Assembly: GCA_026770705.1 (NCBI GenBank)
Contig: JANJGN010000026.1
Span: 39,122,001-39,186,000 of the forward strand
Origin: Isurus oxyrinchus
Lineage: Eukaryota
Reading direction: 5' to 3'
Length of the DNA stretch: 64,000 nucleotides
How positions within the stretch are numbered: the stretch's first letter is position 1; every line of letters begins with the position of its first letter. Below, one piece after another: positions 49,795 through 62,565 of this stretch. The notes under the pieces are model-generated. The model saw nothing but the letters and a program-made list of their open reading frames with translations, was not told where the DNA came from and made no database searches. Position numbers and translations under genes: made by a program.

Positions 49795-50080
49795 ACCCAT
49801 AATCTCTCTCATCTAGAAGAACTAGTGCAGCAGATAGATGAGAACACCACCACCAGGAAGTTCCCCTCCAAATCACTCATCATCCTGATTTGTAAATATA
49901 TCGCCGTTCCTTCACTGTCGCTGGGTTAAAATCCTGGAACTCCCTCCATAACAGCACTGTGGGTAAACCTACGCTGCATGGGCTGCAGCGGTTCAAGGAG
50001 GTAGTTCACCACCACCTTCTCAAGGGCAATTAGGGACGGACAACAAATGCAGACCTGGCCAGTGTCACTGAACCTCAATA
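49795..50080 (+). mobile_element. L2/Crack-like LINE 3' end
   Basis: aaatcctggaactccctcc...cagcggttcaag...caagggcaattagggacgg. Confidence 0.7.
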
Positions 50081-50358
50081 AATAATAAAAACTCTCAATC
50101 CATAATCCGTTTTGACCCAAACCACCAAATGAACCATCCTCCTCCTGCCATCTGGTGATGTGTGTTTGTAAACTTTATGAACAGAAAGTGGGCGACTCGG
50201 AGTGATGTGGGCCAATCAAAATCAGGCATAGCTGATATCGTTTTTTAAAAGGAAGAAATGACAGACTTTCTAAATCACTGTTTAGTTGTGATCTTCACAA
50301 CTGATCAGAGTTATTCCTGGCGTTGGCAGGAAGAACCGCTGTCGTGCATAGTGGTGGG

Positions 50359-50694
50359 AGTTTCAGTGCAAGGATTGAGCTGTTATTATCATTATGAGTC
50401 TCAAGCAGCATAAATGAACCAAGGTGTCGCTCAGCTGCAGCCCAGAGATTGCTGAAGTGTAAATTTTGTCAAACTGTCGACTTGTCCAGAAAAACGTGTT
50501 TCCGCAAAATTTGCTTTATCTTCAGAGCTGCTCGGGTATTTAATAAGAATAAACTCTAGCTGTGTTTCAGGATGTTGATGGTCCCATAAAAATTCGAGAT
50601 GTTGCCCCATGCAGTAACATAGATAAAGTTTAAAGTCACCGCTGTTTCTTCTATCTTAACAGGAGTTGAGAGGCAGAATCTCCATGACTCAGAC
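50359..50694 (-). pseudogene. TRAV/DV: TCR V pseudogene (inverted paralog of the 23.5-kb V)
   Basis: GLSHGDS..., HPETQLEFILIKYPSSSEDKANFAETRFSG...SGLQLSD; RSS CATAATG-22-ACTGAAACT. Confidence 0.85.
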
Positions 50695-52183
50695 CTACAC
50701 ACAGAAAGCGACGAATGTGTGAAATAACATCCCAGCTGGAATTGAAGATGACTAGTCCCCTCACGACTTTAGGGAAAGGATTGGGGGCACATTGGGGGAG
50801 GGAGTTAGAACCTCCCCGAATTTTTGAGACAAAATTTGCTGCATGTCCTCCCTCATCTGAATCATCAAATGAACTGAAACACCATGGGAACTGTATTCAG
50901 TCTGAAATGAAAATACAATATTATGGAGATGCTCAGCAAGACTGACAGCAGCTTTGGAGAGAGAAACAGAATCAACATTTTGATATATCAGAACTAGAAA
51001 ATAATGGTACAGAAAAAAAACGGAGTTTAAGCAAGCACGGGGCCGGTAAAAGCGGAAGGGCATAAAGAGCAAACCCTGAAACATGGTGCAAGGCAAAGGG
51101 GATCATGTTCCAGGAGAAGAGCTGTGGGAATGGGACAAGTTAATATCCAAATGATTGTCCTGGAGAAGAAGTAATTATGAAAAGCAGATCCATCAGCAGC
51201 AAAACTGCAAATAGGAAACATCAAAAGAAAAAAGAACAGTGCGTGGAGGTTAGGCTTGGAAATTGTTGAAAGGAATCTGGAGGTCGGAAAGCTAATAAGT
51301 GCTGGAAAGCTGCATCTTGCAGTTCCATGGCACCAGAGGGCAGTGGGAGCCTATATTGTGTTCAGTGTTTGGGTGAGTTCCAGACTCTGAAATGTGTTCA
51401 GTTACTTTATTGATGAAAAAGTGATTAAAGGAGCAGATGTGGAGAGAAAAAAATATTATAACATTGACAAGAATTTTATATTGGTCAGCGTAATTTAGTA
51501 TTATGAGTTGTCAGTGTTGTATTACTAGCGGTAGTTGCAAATATTCAACAGAACAGTTTGCATTGCATCCATGTCGGGAAGCAGATTGGTTCAAACTGTA
51601 GCATGAGATTTTAGGATTAATATTAGGGCATTGTCACACTGAGAATGATCCATGTACAATAAAGCTTCAGCCAGAATGTGGGAGGAAAATACAATGGAAT
51701 TGTTGGGCGCTACAGTTGAAATCACGATGTAGAGACTCCACGGATAAAGGACCTATACCAGAGAGGAATAACGATTTTCACTTGGAGCTATCATTTGAAC
51801 TGTAGCTTGGCGGGAATTCTCATGAATAATTGCAGCATGCAATTAACAGTAGGCACCTCCAGAGAGCAGTGTGAACCAGTGAGAAATATCGAATGCGGGC
51901 GGCCCCGTGTTAGCTCAGAGACAGTGTGAGCCGATGTCACTATGAATTAGTGAATGTAGGTGGCCAGACATGACCTCAGAGTCAACGTGAACTCGTGCTA
52001 GTGTGAACCCTGAAGCGGGCAGACCACAGGAATCAGCCTCTCTCGTTACTTCGTCATCAAGGCACCTCTGAGTCTGAACTGAAGCGGGCATTTGGCTCCT
52101 TGTTGATTCTTAATATCCATCGTCTAGTCCGAACGCGATCTCCGCGGTCAATTGCTTCAGCTGGCATTTCATGTGACCTAATA

Positions 52184-52555
52184 ATGCTCTGGATTTACAG
52201 AATTTGTTTGTTTTTATCCATTCTGATCTCCACTGAAGTGACCATTGAAGATGAGGTGATGCAGCCCCCGGTGTGGATAGTTGTTAGTAAAGCGGGAATC
52301 GTATCCATGAACTGCACCATCACCAATGTGATGGACATGGTGCGTTGGTACAGGCAGTTCCTCAATTAATGACCCCAACGTCCAGTGATGGCCACAAAAG
52401 GAGCTGATCAAAACGGGAGGATCACTGCTTCAATCCGGGGAGACAGCAAACTGAGTATCCTGACTGTGAGGGGCACCCGAGTTACAGACACCGCCACCTA
52501 TATCTGCGCCATGAGCCACAGTGTAACAAGCAAACCGAGAGCTCGTACAGAAACC
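52184..52555 (+). pseudogene. TRAV/DV: Intronless leader-V TCR pseudogene
   Basis: MLWIYRICLFLSILISTEVTIEDEVMQPP...SMNC...VRWYRQFLN**PQRPV...TDTATYICAMS in one frame with two adjacent stops (52367-52372); RSS CACAGTG-23-ACAGAAACC. Confidence 0.88.
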
Positions 52556-52719
52556 TACATAGAGTGGGGACTCTGCTGTACTGTTCTTCCATGATTGGCG
52601 TTGTGAGTGGTGCATTAATAATAATTCAAAGGCCGGGTGGGGGCAGGCGAGGGGTGCTACGGGTGCTGAGTGGGGTTGAGTGCAAAAGCGACAAAACATA
52701 TATAAAGATTTAAAGTGGA

Positions 52720-52960
52720 TCAGAAATGATGAGACAAAAACAGAAAATGCTGGATAAACTCAGCCGGTGTTAGAGCATCAGTGGGGAGAGAAACAGAGTT
52801 AACGATTCGAGTCAGTATGACTTCCTCAGAACTAAAGAAAAGTAAAAATGTGATTAAATTTAAGGGGGGGGGGGATGTGGAGCAGGTGAAGCTGGATAGA
52901 AGGCCAGCGATAGGTTGGGCAATGGAAATATTGACAAAGATGTCAATTGTGCTGGGATTG
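52720..52960 (-). mobile_element. Penelope-like tail (older subfamily)
   Basis: aaaaacagaaaatgctggataaactcagc...gaaacagagttaacg...cagaact. Confidence 0.65.
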
Positions 52961-53104
52961 ATACCAACCAGTGGCAGTAGCAATTCACGGTCTGATGTAC
53001 CTCCTCGTGGTCAGTTTTGAAGAAGTTCCTTTTAGCTGATCTCACAAAACATAATAACTTTCTGAGGTCTCCTGAGGCCTTTCTCAGCGTAGACCTCCAC
53101 ACAT

Positions 53105-53360
53105 GGGGACACGGTGGTGTAGTGGTAATTTCCCTGGCTATTATCCAAAAGCCCAAGCCAATGCTCTGCAGACACGTGTTCAATTCCTTCTATAGCAGCT
53201 GGTGGAACTTAAAATTCAAATAAGAAAATCTGGGAATGGTAACCATTAATCTATCATCAATTGTCACTTTAAAAAAAACCTTCTAGCCTGGCCACTCATT
53301 TGTCAAGACGGTTCCCCACCGTCAGCCCTAACAGATTGGCAATAAATGCTGACCTCGTGA
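53105..53360 (+). mobile_element. tRNA-derived SINE sharing the LINE 3' tail
   Basis: ggtggtgtagtggtaat head, ggcaataaatgctg tail. Related copies at ~42245-42620 (+) and ~46100-46445 (-). Confidence 0.5.
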
Positions 53361-55258
53361 CAGAATAAAACAGAAACAGCGCTGCAGTGCACTCAAGGCG
53401 GAAAGATCTTAGAGAAAAACAATCATTAGCTTAGGTCTTTCCACAGGACTGTATGAAAATGGGAGTCTGGTTCTGACGATGAAGATGCAAGGGCTTATTC
53501 ATATGGATGTCGAATATATACAACTTATGCTAATCAAGATTCATTCCAGATATTGGACTTCTGTTCACCGCTGCCCGATTGAACCTCCAGAATTCACGAC
53601 TGCAGAAAATAGTGCTGCTTAACCATTGAACCAGAATGAAAGAAGGATAGCAGATAGACGAACCAACAGATAGGTAGATTAGATAACCTGTTTTTTATCT
53701 GTAATGACACTTTGCTCCAGAACCAAAGGAGAAAGCAAAGTTTATTTGTTAGATTGAGAGGGATGAGTGTTATAGAATGAGAGATAAATAGACTGGGATA
53801 GAAAACTAGGCAGAGAAATTGATAGAATTAAACATCAATAAATAAAGGAGAGTTGCGTCAATAATGGAATGGGCAATCAGACAGATGTAAACATAAATAA
53901 GCAAATCAGAAAAACCTCAAAAATTGAAAACACGAAACGTCATATTGGAAGCAGTCTCTCTAAACTGGAACACTGCACTTCATCTAGTGTCTCAGCTGAC
54001 ACTTTCGGACTGAAGGGGCTGGACTTGATGTATTTCCGCCAGCACATTGAACAACTGAAATTTCCTACTTCAAACCAAAAGCCCATTTGCAATGATCTAC
54101 CGGTGAGCATTTTCGTGGTCCATGTGAATCATCACTGCCTGTGGCCTCAGTACACGGGGTCCCTCTGCGGTTCTGCTTTGCACGTGCCGTTTGAGCCCCC
54201 GACCCCAGGAATAAGGGAGGATACTGCCTCATCCTTGCCGGCCCAACAGACACAATGTCATGCGCACATCTTGAAATTACTTCCACACAGAAATAAACCG
54301 TTCAATTAAAGATTATGCTTCAAAGGGATTCTCATTCTAATCGTATTGAGAAGCTAATGCTCCCAGTTAATGAGGAATACGTTTCTGGATGCTCCAATTG
54401 CTGAAATGGCCCATTGCATGGTAATGAAAATATAAAGCAATACCATTGCAGTGTCTCATTCTCAAAATGTTTCACTGCAGAATCTTTGCTCTCCGAATTT
54501 TCTGTTTCCTCTGTCTATAACTGTTTCTCTGCTTGTGTGTTTATGTTTGTGCTTATCTACATGTGTTTCTATGTCTGTGTTTATCTGTTTATGTGCCTCT
54601 ATCTGTGTTTGTCCGTATGTGCGTCTATGTTTGATTATATTTGTATGCCTGCCTCTGACTGTATTTTTATGTCTCTGTTCTATGTTTATGTTGATTCAAA
54701 TGTGTGTCTACATTTCAGTAAATGTGCTTCTGTATCAGTAACTGTGTTTACATGTCTGCTTGTCTACTTCTCTGTATCGGTATGTTTGATTATGCATTCT
54801 GTACGAGGTTTACAGTGAACAATCTTTGATCACTAATTTTCAGACTTCTGTCGCAAGCAACTCAGCCGAATACATATCAAAAACCTCAAAGACATAACTG
54901 GCATTATGTTAGCACACATTTAATTTTATATTAGTGTGTGTGCATATGCCTGCATGTTTTTAAGTGTCCGTGTGTGCATATGCTTTTATATGTATATGGT
55001 TGTGTGTGGATATGTCCCTGAACGTGGCTGTGTGAGTCCGTTTCAATGTGGTTTTATTGTCCGCAAGAGGGCGCTGTCTGACCACTTGCTGAAGATCACG
55101 GTCCGCTTCTACAGGAAGTGACTGTTTGAAAAAGTAAGGGTGGGCGAGAGAAGAAATCCTAGCCAATCGTATAAAATCCTCGAACTATTTTTTCAATTTC
55201 GCCAACTGCAGCTCTGGTACAGACAGTGATCTCTGTTTCTGGAGTGCGGACTGGAACC

Positions 55259-55779
55259 ATGGAGGTGAAACTCTGTCTGACTCTAATTATTGGCCTGAAC
55301 ACAGGTCGGTCTAATTGAACCTCCCTACTAAATTCCGCAGCCCTCATATTATTTCCCATTTCCAGCTCCAAGTGATGATTCTCTTTTTGTTACCCCATCT
55401 AAGCCTCTTTGTGTCTGTTATTTATTTTCAGAGATGAGTAACGGAGACTCAGTGTCACAGTCAGAACAAGGAGTCGAAGGAAAAGAGGGTGAAGATTCAG
55501 CAATATCCTGCATTTACTCTGTATCGATTTCAGCTGCAGGCTATGGCTTGTTCTGGTATCGCCAGTATTCACACCCAGCTCCTCAATACCTTCTCAGAGC
55601 CGATAGTTATGGGTTTAATGAGACGGCTCCCAGCTTTGAACACTTCAGCGGGGATCTCAACATGACACAAAGCACTTTCACTTGTCCATGAAAGATTTGA
55701 AGATCACAGACAACGCCGTGTATTACTGCGCGCTGAGGACCACAGTGAATGAGGGTCCCTCGTGCCTCGTACAAAAACT
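55259..55779 (+). pseudogene. TRAV/DV: TCR V with a single frameshift in FR3
   Basis: Leader MEVKLCLTLIIGLNT|gtcggt; exon from 55432 EMSNGDSVSQ...ISCIY...LFWYRQ...QSTF, then a 1-nt deletion near 55680, LSMKDLKITDNAVYYCALR; RSS CACAGTG-23-ACAAAAACT. Confidence 0.92.
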
Positions 55780-56643
55780 AGGCGCAGGTCGACATCAAGA
55801 GTTCGGTATCAGGATAATACAAGGGGAAGAATCCCAGATGAAATATACGAGATTAATCTCGAGTATACAGGCTAATCCGACCCGGTTTCTTTTCTCTTTG
55901 AGGTTAAAGCTTGTCCGCGTTGGGAAATGCGATATTTTAATCCAGAGCCAAATTTAATTATTTCCCGATCCCATTAGCACAACCCTGCAGATCTCCCGGT
56001 GAATAATATAATTCTAACTGTCAGAGGGCATTTTCCAAGTCATTGTGCCTCAAAGGTGACACATTTTTAAGTTTCTGTGGTAAAAGTATTGACTGACTGA
56101 ATTGAGAAATATCCCGGTACAAGGTGATCTCCAATGCTACCGTGTCTGAGTTTGGAGCCGGGTGGCTACTTATCAAGTCCCTTGTAAACTTACTAAGGTA
56201 TCTACTAACCGTGCAAATAACTGCACTGTGCTCATCAAGACATGGGAAAGAGACTAATTTTCAATTATTTCACTTCTCACCTCACTGAGAAAATGAGATC
56301 TACCTTTCAAAAAAAAAAGAGACATTGAATTGTAAAGAAAGCGCGTTAAAACAAGAAAGAGACGAAACAGCTGCTAATGTGAGACAGAGCCAGGCAGTGA
56401 GAAAGGCAGATAAACACGTGCAGGTATGGAATGTGATTGGAGAGAGCGGGCTGTGTTTAACCCTGAACGAAGAGTGATTGGTCTACAGCTGACATCAGAT
56501 TTGAGAGGCCAGCCAATAGCAGCACTGAGAAACACCCCTCAATTACCCAATAATTAAAACCTGCCTCCGGTCTGAGTTTATTCTTTGAGATAAGACTAGA
56601 AGCAGCAAGATATTTTAAACAGTCTGCCGTTTACTGTTGAGTC

Positions 56644-57126
56644 ATGAACCGTATGTTCCCTGTTTGCTTGACTGATAACAATGGTCGTGCTGCCGGGTGA
56701 GTCTGAGCTAAACTCCACAGTGTGTGTTCCATCGGTTATATTTACTGCCAGATCTTTGACATATTCGTTATGTTGCCGCAGGAACCAATGGCCAAGATTC
56801 AGTTTCCCAAGAGCGCCCTAAATATCGATTCAGGGAGTTTGGACAGTAATATATTGAATTGCAGTTACAGAAAAAATTGCGCTGTGCCAGTACTATTCTG
56901 GTATGTGTAGTATTCCGGGGAAGCTCCGAGATCTTTACTGAGGAGGTTCGGCAATGGGCAGGGAAATTGTCTCCAAATTTTCCTGACCGGTTTTCTGCTG
57001 ATTTAGACCAAGAGATGAAAACTGCTCCTTTAGATATCGATGGAGCGCTTGTCTCTGACTCTGCCGTGTATCACTGTGCGTTGGTGCCACACAGTTACAG
57101 TGGCGCAGCCAGTCCGTCCAAAAACC
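56644..57126 (+). pseudogene. TRAV/DV: TCR V pseudogene (paralog of the 34.4-kb V)
   Basis: GTNGQDSVSQ, frameshifts, LNCSY...LFWYV*, PDRFSADLD...DSAVYHCALV; RSS CACACAG-23-CCAAAAACC. Confidence 0.88.
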
Positions 57127-57650
57127 AGCAAGGCACTCCCACCTCCTCTCACTGAATCAGATCGGTGACCTGGACTGTGAATGTTAATTTAAGCTAAATC
57201 ACATCATCATGACCAGATTGTCTGGATTATCTCTTTCTGTCGTGCAGAATGTATGGCATTCCATGTGAAATCCCTCTTTCTATTGCCTGTGAGTATTTTT
57301 CATGGTCATCGAGAAGCTCTTTTAATGGGAGACTCGAACACTTGTCACAGAACAGCTTTAACTATTACCCATCATCGCTCCACATCAAAGATTGACCCCC
57401 TGAAAGAAACTATATCGGCTTCAATGACGTTCTCATTATTCTGCACTCCAGAGCGTCGTCGCTGAGTTTATTTTAGACTGAGGTTGATAGCTCTATGAAA
57501 CAAGGGATTTGGGGCATGATGCAGGAAGGTGGATGAGAGTTAGGTAAGTAGATTAGAGATAGATGATGCTGCAGGGTCGAGAGACCGAATATCCGACTCC
57601 AGCTCATGTTTCATATGTTCGTATGCTCTCACTCCTTATTTCGAGCTCTC

Positions 57651-57658
57651 TGACGTCA
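57651..57658 (+). promoter_or_regulatory. CRE palindrome in V promoter
   Basis: TGACGTCA with nearby CCAAT boxes (gattgg, ccaatc) upstream of the 57835 leader. Confidence 0.55.
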
Positions 57659-57834
57659 CGGATTGAATGAACTGTGAGCTGATTGGGTGAATTCAAGGAC
57701 AAAGAGCTGTGAGCTCAGTCAGGAATGAACCAATCGGGTGCGGGACCGGATATTACTCGACATCTTCTTAACTCTTCACTGAAACAATTCTGGTTGGAAT
57801 CAATCTATTCAAATCCACCATCGGCTCTGCAAAC

Positions 57835-58363
57835 ATGTTTCCTGTTCATTCTTCGCAGCTGCGATTCTCTTAACTGGTAAATTCCCAAGTTACACAATGT
57901 TTATCTTGCAGGTTATACTGATAGTGTGATCTTCCTTTGAACTATATTTCCCTTTATTTGTAAAGGGCTCCGTTAACATGCTAACCCTGATTGTAACAGT
58001 GATAATAAAAAGTTGACGTTCTGTACTTTGAATTTTCTGCAGACTTGGTGTTACAGGAGCCGGTTGCAGGTGCACAGTTTGAAGGAGACTCGCTGACCAT
58101 CAATTTCAGCTATTCGGTCACGATTTGCTTCTGCTCCTTGCAACTGTAACGTCAGGAGGGCGAGAAAGCCCCCACAATATTGACCTATATCCCTTCCGCT
58201 GGGCTTGTTTTCAATGCAAAGGGCGCGGGGGCTCGATTATCTGCATCTCTCGACACTTCCAGAAATGAGGGGAATTTCAACATCCGTGACCTGCGTGGTG
58301 TATTACTGCAGGCTGAGGGACACAGTGACAAGTACCAAAGGAAACCTTCTTCATACAGAAACA
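57835..58363 (+). pseudogene. TRAV/DV: TCR V pseudogene of the Cys23/Trp41-less family (paralog of the 35.4-kb V)
   Basis: FEGDSLTINFSYS...SLQL*RQEGEKAPTILTYIP...SASLDTSRNEGNFNIRDLR, frameshift, VYYCRLRD; CACAGTG with a 27-bp spacer. Confidence 0.88.
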
Positions 58364-59370
58364 CTGCAGAATCGTGACCCGGTGAAAGGAATGAGGATAA
58401 ATAAAGACTTTCAAAGCATTTAACCGGAATGTGCTCATTGAAAGTAAATCAAATAAGCAACAATCCGATCGTAACAGGTGCGGCATTTTGAAATGTTCCA
58501 TTTACATCGAATGCATTCTGAACATAAAATAAAATGTGTTCAGAAAATTCATCCCATTTTTAAAATTAAAGTTGCAAAGGCAGAAATGCTGAACCACATT
58601 TTTGACCTTATGTTCCAGCCGTTACAGGGGGTACACACAACAAAAATGCGGTATCAGTTACAGATCACTGAAGGGACGCACAGGAAAAAAGAACAAAGAC
58701 TTTGCATTTTCATAAAGCCTTACCTGGTGTGTTCAGATTTCCCAAAGCGCTTCCAGTGCTCAAACTTTCTGATACTTCAAAAAAAAAGCTTTTGTATTCA
58801 GTCGGTTTCCTGGTCATCTGTTCCGGTGCCTAGAACACAGCAGACTGTCCTTGTAGATTATTCAATCTATTAATCAATGTCCATCAGCTTCTAATCATGT
58901 CTTGAAAATAACCTCTTTGTGCCTGTTTATATTATAGATTGTTAATTTCAATATGTAGTAGCACCTAACATTGAGAGATTTTAATCAGGTCATTATATTT
59001 ATTCGGATTCCCCTCACCTGGTGGCCTTATGTCTCCACTATTGGCTATTTAAACACAAAAGAAACATTTGTTCATTTGCCGTGAATTCTTTCATAAACAG
59101 CAGTGCACTGATATAAATGGACGCCGGCCACTTTCATGTGCTTGTATTCTCAATGGATATGGCGAGCTCTCAGACATTCACAAATAAACAACAGGATTCT
59201 GCCCCACACATTTAATACAGTAATCAGACTGAATCAATATTCAATGTGAGTGATTTTAGATGGTGCTTATGTGGATTGTGCCCGTACAGGAAGGATTGAC
59301 GTGTCAGTGTCTGAGCCGCTGTTATAAACATCCCTCAACAGACAGCAGCTGTGCCCCAGAAAACTGCAGC

Positions 59371-59409
59371 AGTTATTGTACGAGGCTTTCACTCATTCTC
59401 ATCACTGTG
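59371..59409 (-). other. 23-RSS
   Basis: CACAGTG-23-ACAATAACT. Confidence 0.93.
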
Positions 59410-60445
59410 AGACTCTGTGCACAGTAATAGACCGCGGTGTCAGACAGCCGTATCTCCGAGATAGTCAATCGGTACGACTTGTCTGTCTGCTGGACTGTAT
59501 CAGAAAACCGGCTCTGAGCGAAATCCGCCTTAAATTCTGAACCTCCGCCCTTGTGCCTCCGGACTGCAAACTCGGGCTGTCTGCCTGCGTACTGCCGGTA
59601 CCAGAATAAGAAAGAAGCATCATCGGTATAGGTGCAGTTTAAAGTGGCATCTTCTCCCTCTGTCTGTGTGAGTAAGGGTTGAGTAACAGACCCTCCATCG
59701 CTCAGATCTGGAACACACGATTAAAGAAAGCAGAAATCAGCGATTAAAACTTCAACTGAACAGAACTGAGAGTGAAAATTCACAGTCAGTGTGACATAGA
59801 TCAAATGTAATTTCGAGCACACAACAGTTCATTCGGCCCAAATGGTCCATCTCTGTGTTTCCAACCACGAAGAGCACCCTCACTCTCTCAGCAAATCCTT
59901 CCAACCTTTTCACCCTCTTCCGCTTATCCCATTTCCCTTCATTACAGCTAGACGTTTTGTCTCAGCTGCTCCTTGTGGCACTGAATTCCTTATTCTAAAA
60001 ATTAAAGATAGTTGTTGTGAACCCCCTATTGAGTCTTTTCCGTGACTCTTATATTTATAACCCATACTTTAGGAATCCTCCACAAATGGAATTGTATTTT
60101 CCATCGAACTCCTTCATCATTTTGAAGACCTCTATTCAGTTCCCCTTCAGTTTCTCTTTACCAGAGGACAGGCCCCCAGTCTGTACAGTTCTTGCTGAAT
60201 TCTAGTACCATCATTGTAATTGGGTTTCTTTTCATTTTATTTTGTGGCCTGTGTTCGTCTGATTAAAGACCAGAACATTTCACCATAAATCCGAGTGTGG
60301 TCCGATCAAGATCCGAAACATGGTTAACATGAATTTTCTGCTTTTCAAATTGATTCTCCCAGAAATTAAGCCCCCTTTTTCAAATTTTAAACTTCTTACC
60401 GACAATGAATGCCACCCAAACTACAGCGAGAAAGGAGAGCTGCAT
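59410..60445 (-). CDS. TRAV/DV: TCR alpha/delta V gene segment, apparently functional (leader 60445-60400, V exon 59707-59410)
   Basis: MQLSFLAVVWVAFIV|DLSDGGSVTQPLLTQTEGEDATLNCTYTDDASFLFWYRQYAGRQPEFAVRRHKGGGSEFKADFAQSRFSDTVQQTDKSYRLTISEIRLSDTAVYYCAQS. Absent from the ORF track because the exon has no start codon. Confidence 0.93.
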
Positions 60446-61198
60446 TGCTGCTCTTGCAGGGGATGTTTTGTGTCTCAGAAACCTGCAGAAGACCGGACAA
60501 GAAAAGCTGAGTCAATTGGCTGAGGCGGATCTGATGTCGCTTCCTGAGGATATTGGATCGAAAGACCTGAAATCACTGGATCTGATTGGTCTGATGTGAC
60601 TCCAGCAGTGTTTATTACAGAGAACTGGGACATTAAGGCCGCATTGTCTCTCTATGACCTTATAAATTGGCAGCAGGTCAGACACCGTCTTTCATCCATG
60701 TGGGACCGGTAAAATCCAGGCCAGGGAGAGGGTGATGGTCTCCAATCGGTGATCGGTTACAGGGTTAGGCTGTGGGTCAAACAAAGACCTTTCCCTCTTG
60801 ATGAATTGGATTGGAAACCAGTGGGTAGTGAATGGATGGACATTTATTATTTGCAATGGGCACGAAGCACATCAGTGGGTTAATGTTCCTATTTCTCCTG
60901 TGCTTAAATCGAGCACATAAAATGAGTAAAGTCCGCTTTGTGTTTTGGAAACGAAGACCTTACTATTTTGCGGGGTGTTCGAAGACTTTTTTGTGTTTGG
61001 GCCCAGATATGAACGACTTGTGTTGTTTGCATTGGCTGCACATTATGGACCAGAGCAACACCTGGCTGCCCATTCGCCTAAAGACTTGTTGTTAAACCCG
61101 TCTCTGAGAGAAGTTTGGAGGAGAAACAGATTGAGGGTCAGGGAGAAAAATTGAGGGAGAGATAAAGTTGAATCACGATTGAACATCCGCAGTTTATA

Positions 61199-61314
61199 AC
61201 AAAGAAAACTGCGGATGCTGGAAATCCAAAACAAAAACAGAATTACCTGGAAAAACTCAGCAGGTCTGGCAGCATGCCAGACCTGCTGAGTTTTTCCAGG
61301 TAATTCTGTTTTTG
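61199..61314. mobile_element. Palindromic Penelope-like tail insertion
   Basis: 40-bp inverted arms (61232-61271, 61275-61314); 14-bp TSD ATCCGCAGTTTATA (61185-61198, 61315-61328). Confidence 0.85.
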
Positions 61315-62565
61315 ATCCGCAGTTTATATTTGGCTTATGGTTTTCCTCGCAGCTTTCATGAAACGGCTATTTCAATGAGTGGTTACGAGTCACCCATATT
61401 TCTATGGATAGGCAGAACGGGCAAAGACGCTGGATTGCTTTCTCCCAAAGACAGTATCGAACCAGCTGCGACTTTATGACCATCAAACAGTATCATGTCA
61501 CAACCAGTATTAGCTTTAATTCCAGATGTTTGTTTTATTAGCAGAACTTAAATTCCTCAAATGGCGTGGTCTGACTGCAAATCATGTAGCCGGATTATTA
61601 AACCAGTTATCTCAGACTGCCAGTCTGGTAACATAACCACTGAATTTGCGTTCCCGTACTTGCTGCAGTGCACAAACACGATGTGTGCTGATGTGTGGCA
61701 AATGGCCTTTTCTTGGCAGTTCATTGAATTCTCAAATTACTGAATGATGTTCTTGCTTGATTATGCCGCGTTCTTCTTGTTCTTATTACCCCTATTATAA
61801 TATTCTTTAATGCAGGTGAACCTATGCATGAAACCAGTACCAACTCCAGTTCGAATTCTAGTGATTGTCTTTGTTTATTTTCAATATGCCAGACATACCT
61901 GTTAATTGATGCTCGTATTAAACATAATGAAATGACAGAGATCCCGGTAAGATTCCGTCTTTTAAATGTCCACGCAAAGAAATAATGTCAGTTTGACTCC
62001 TGATTCACACCTAACTTATATAGTGTGGGATTTAAGTGTAGCTGTTTCCATATTAAGCATGTTTCTGATCAGTGGTTTTTATATATTGTCTGTTATAGCT
62101 TCTCCAAACACTTGAGCGCGTTGTTTGGGGAACTATTTGAATGGTTGGTTGGGAGTTATTTGACTTTCTATGTTCTGCACTTCCAGGAACACGACAGAAG
62201 GAGACAGAGAGATAACAACTGAAAGAGGGGAAAGGGCGCAGAGAGGCAGGAGAGAAAGAGGCTCAGAGAGACGGAACGACTGAGAAAGAGAGAGATAAAG
62301 AGAGAGAAAACCAGACATAGGTACGAAGACAGAGCCAGAGACGCAGAAAAACATAGGGATACAGGAAGACAGCCAGATCAAGTCGTTAATCGACAATTAA
62401 CATCAATTGGTGCACAACCGTCATCAGTACTGAGAAACCAGCTAATCCTGTCCCTGTCAATCGCCCCCGAGTTTCCAAATATGGGGTAAGTGAAGCCTCC
62501 CCATGATATGGGTTTACTCTTTCATGTCACACTAGAAGTCAGTCTATTAGTCTAAACCAGGCACC

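Noticed and set aside
53940-54300. C...YFRQ...EDTA followed by CACAATG as a V segment
   Set aside because: Motif spacing is too long, there is no YxC, and no nonamer at 23 bp.
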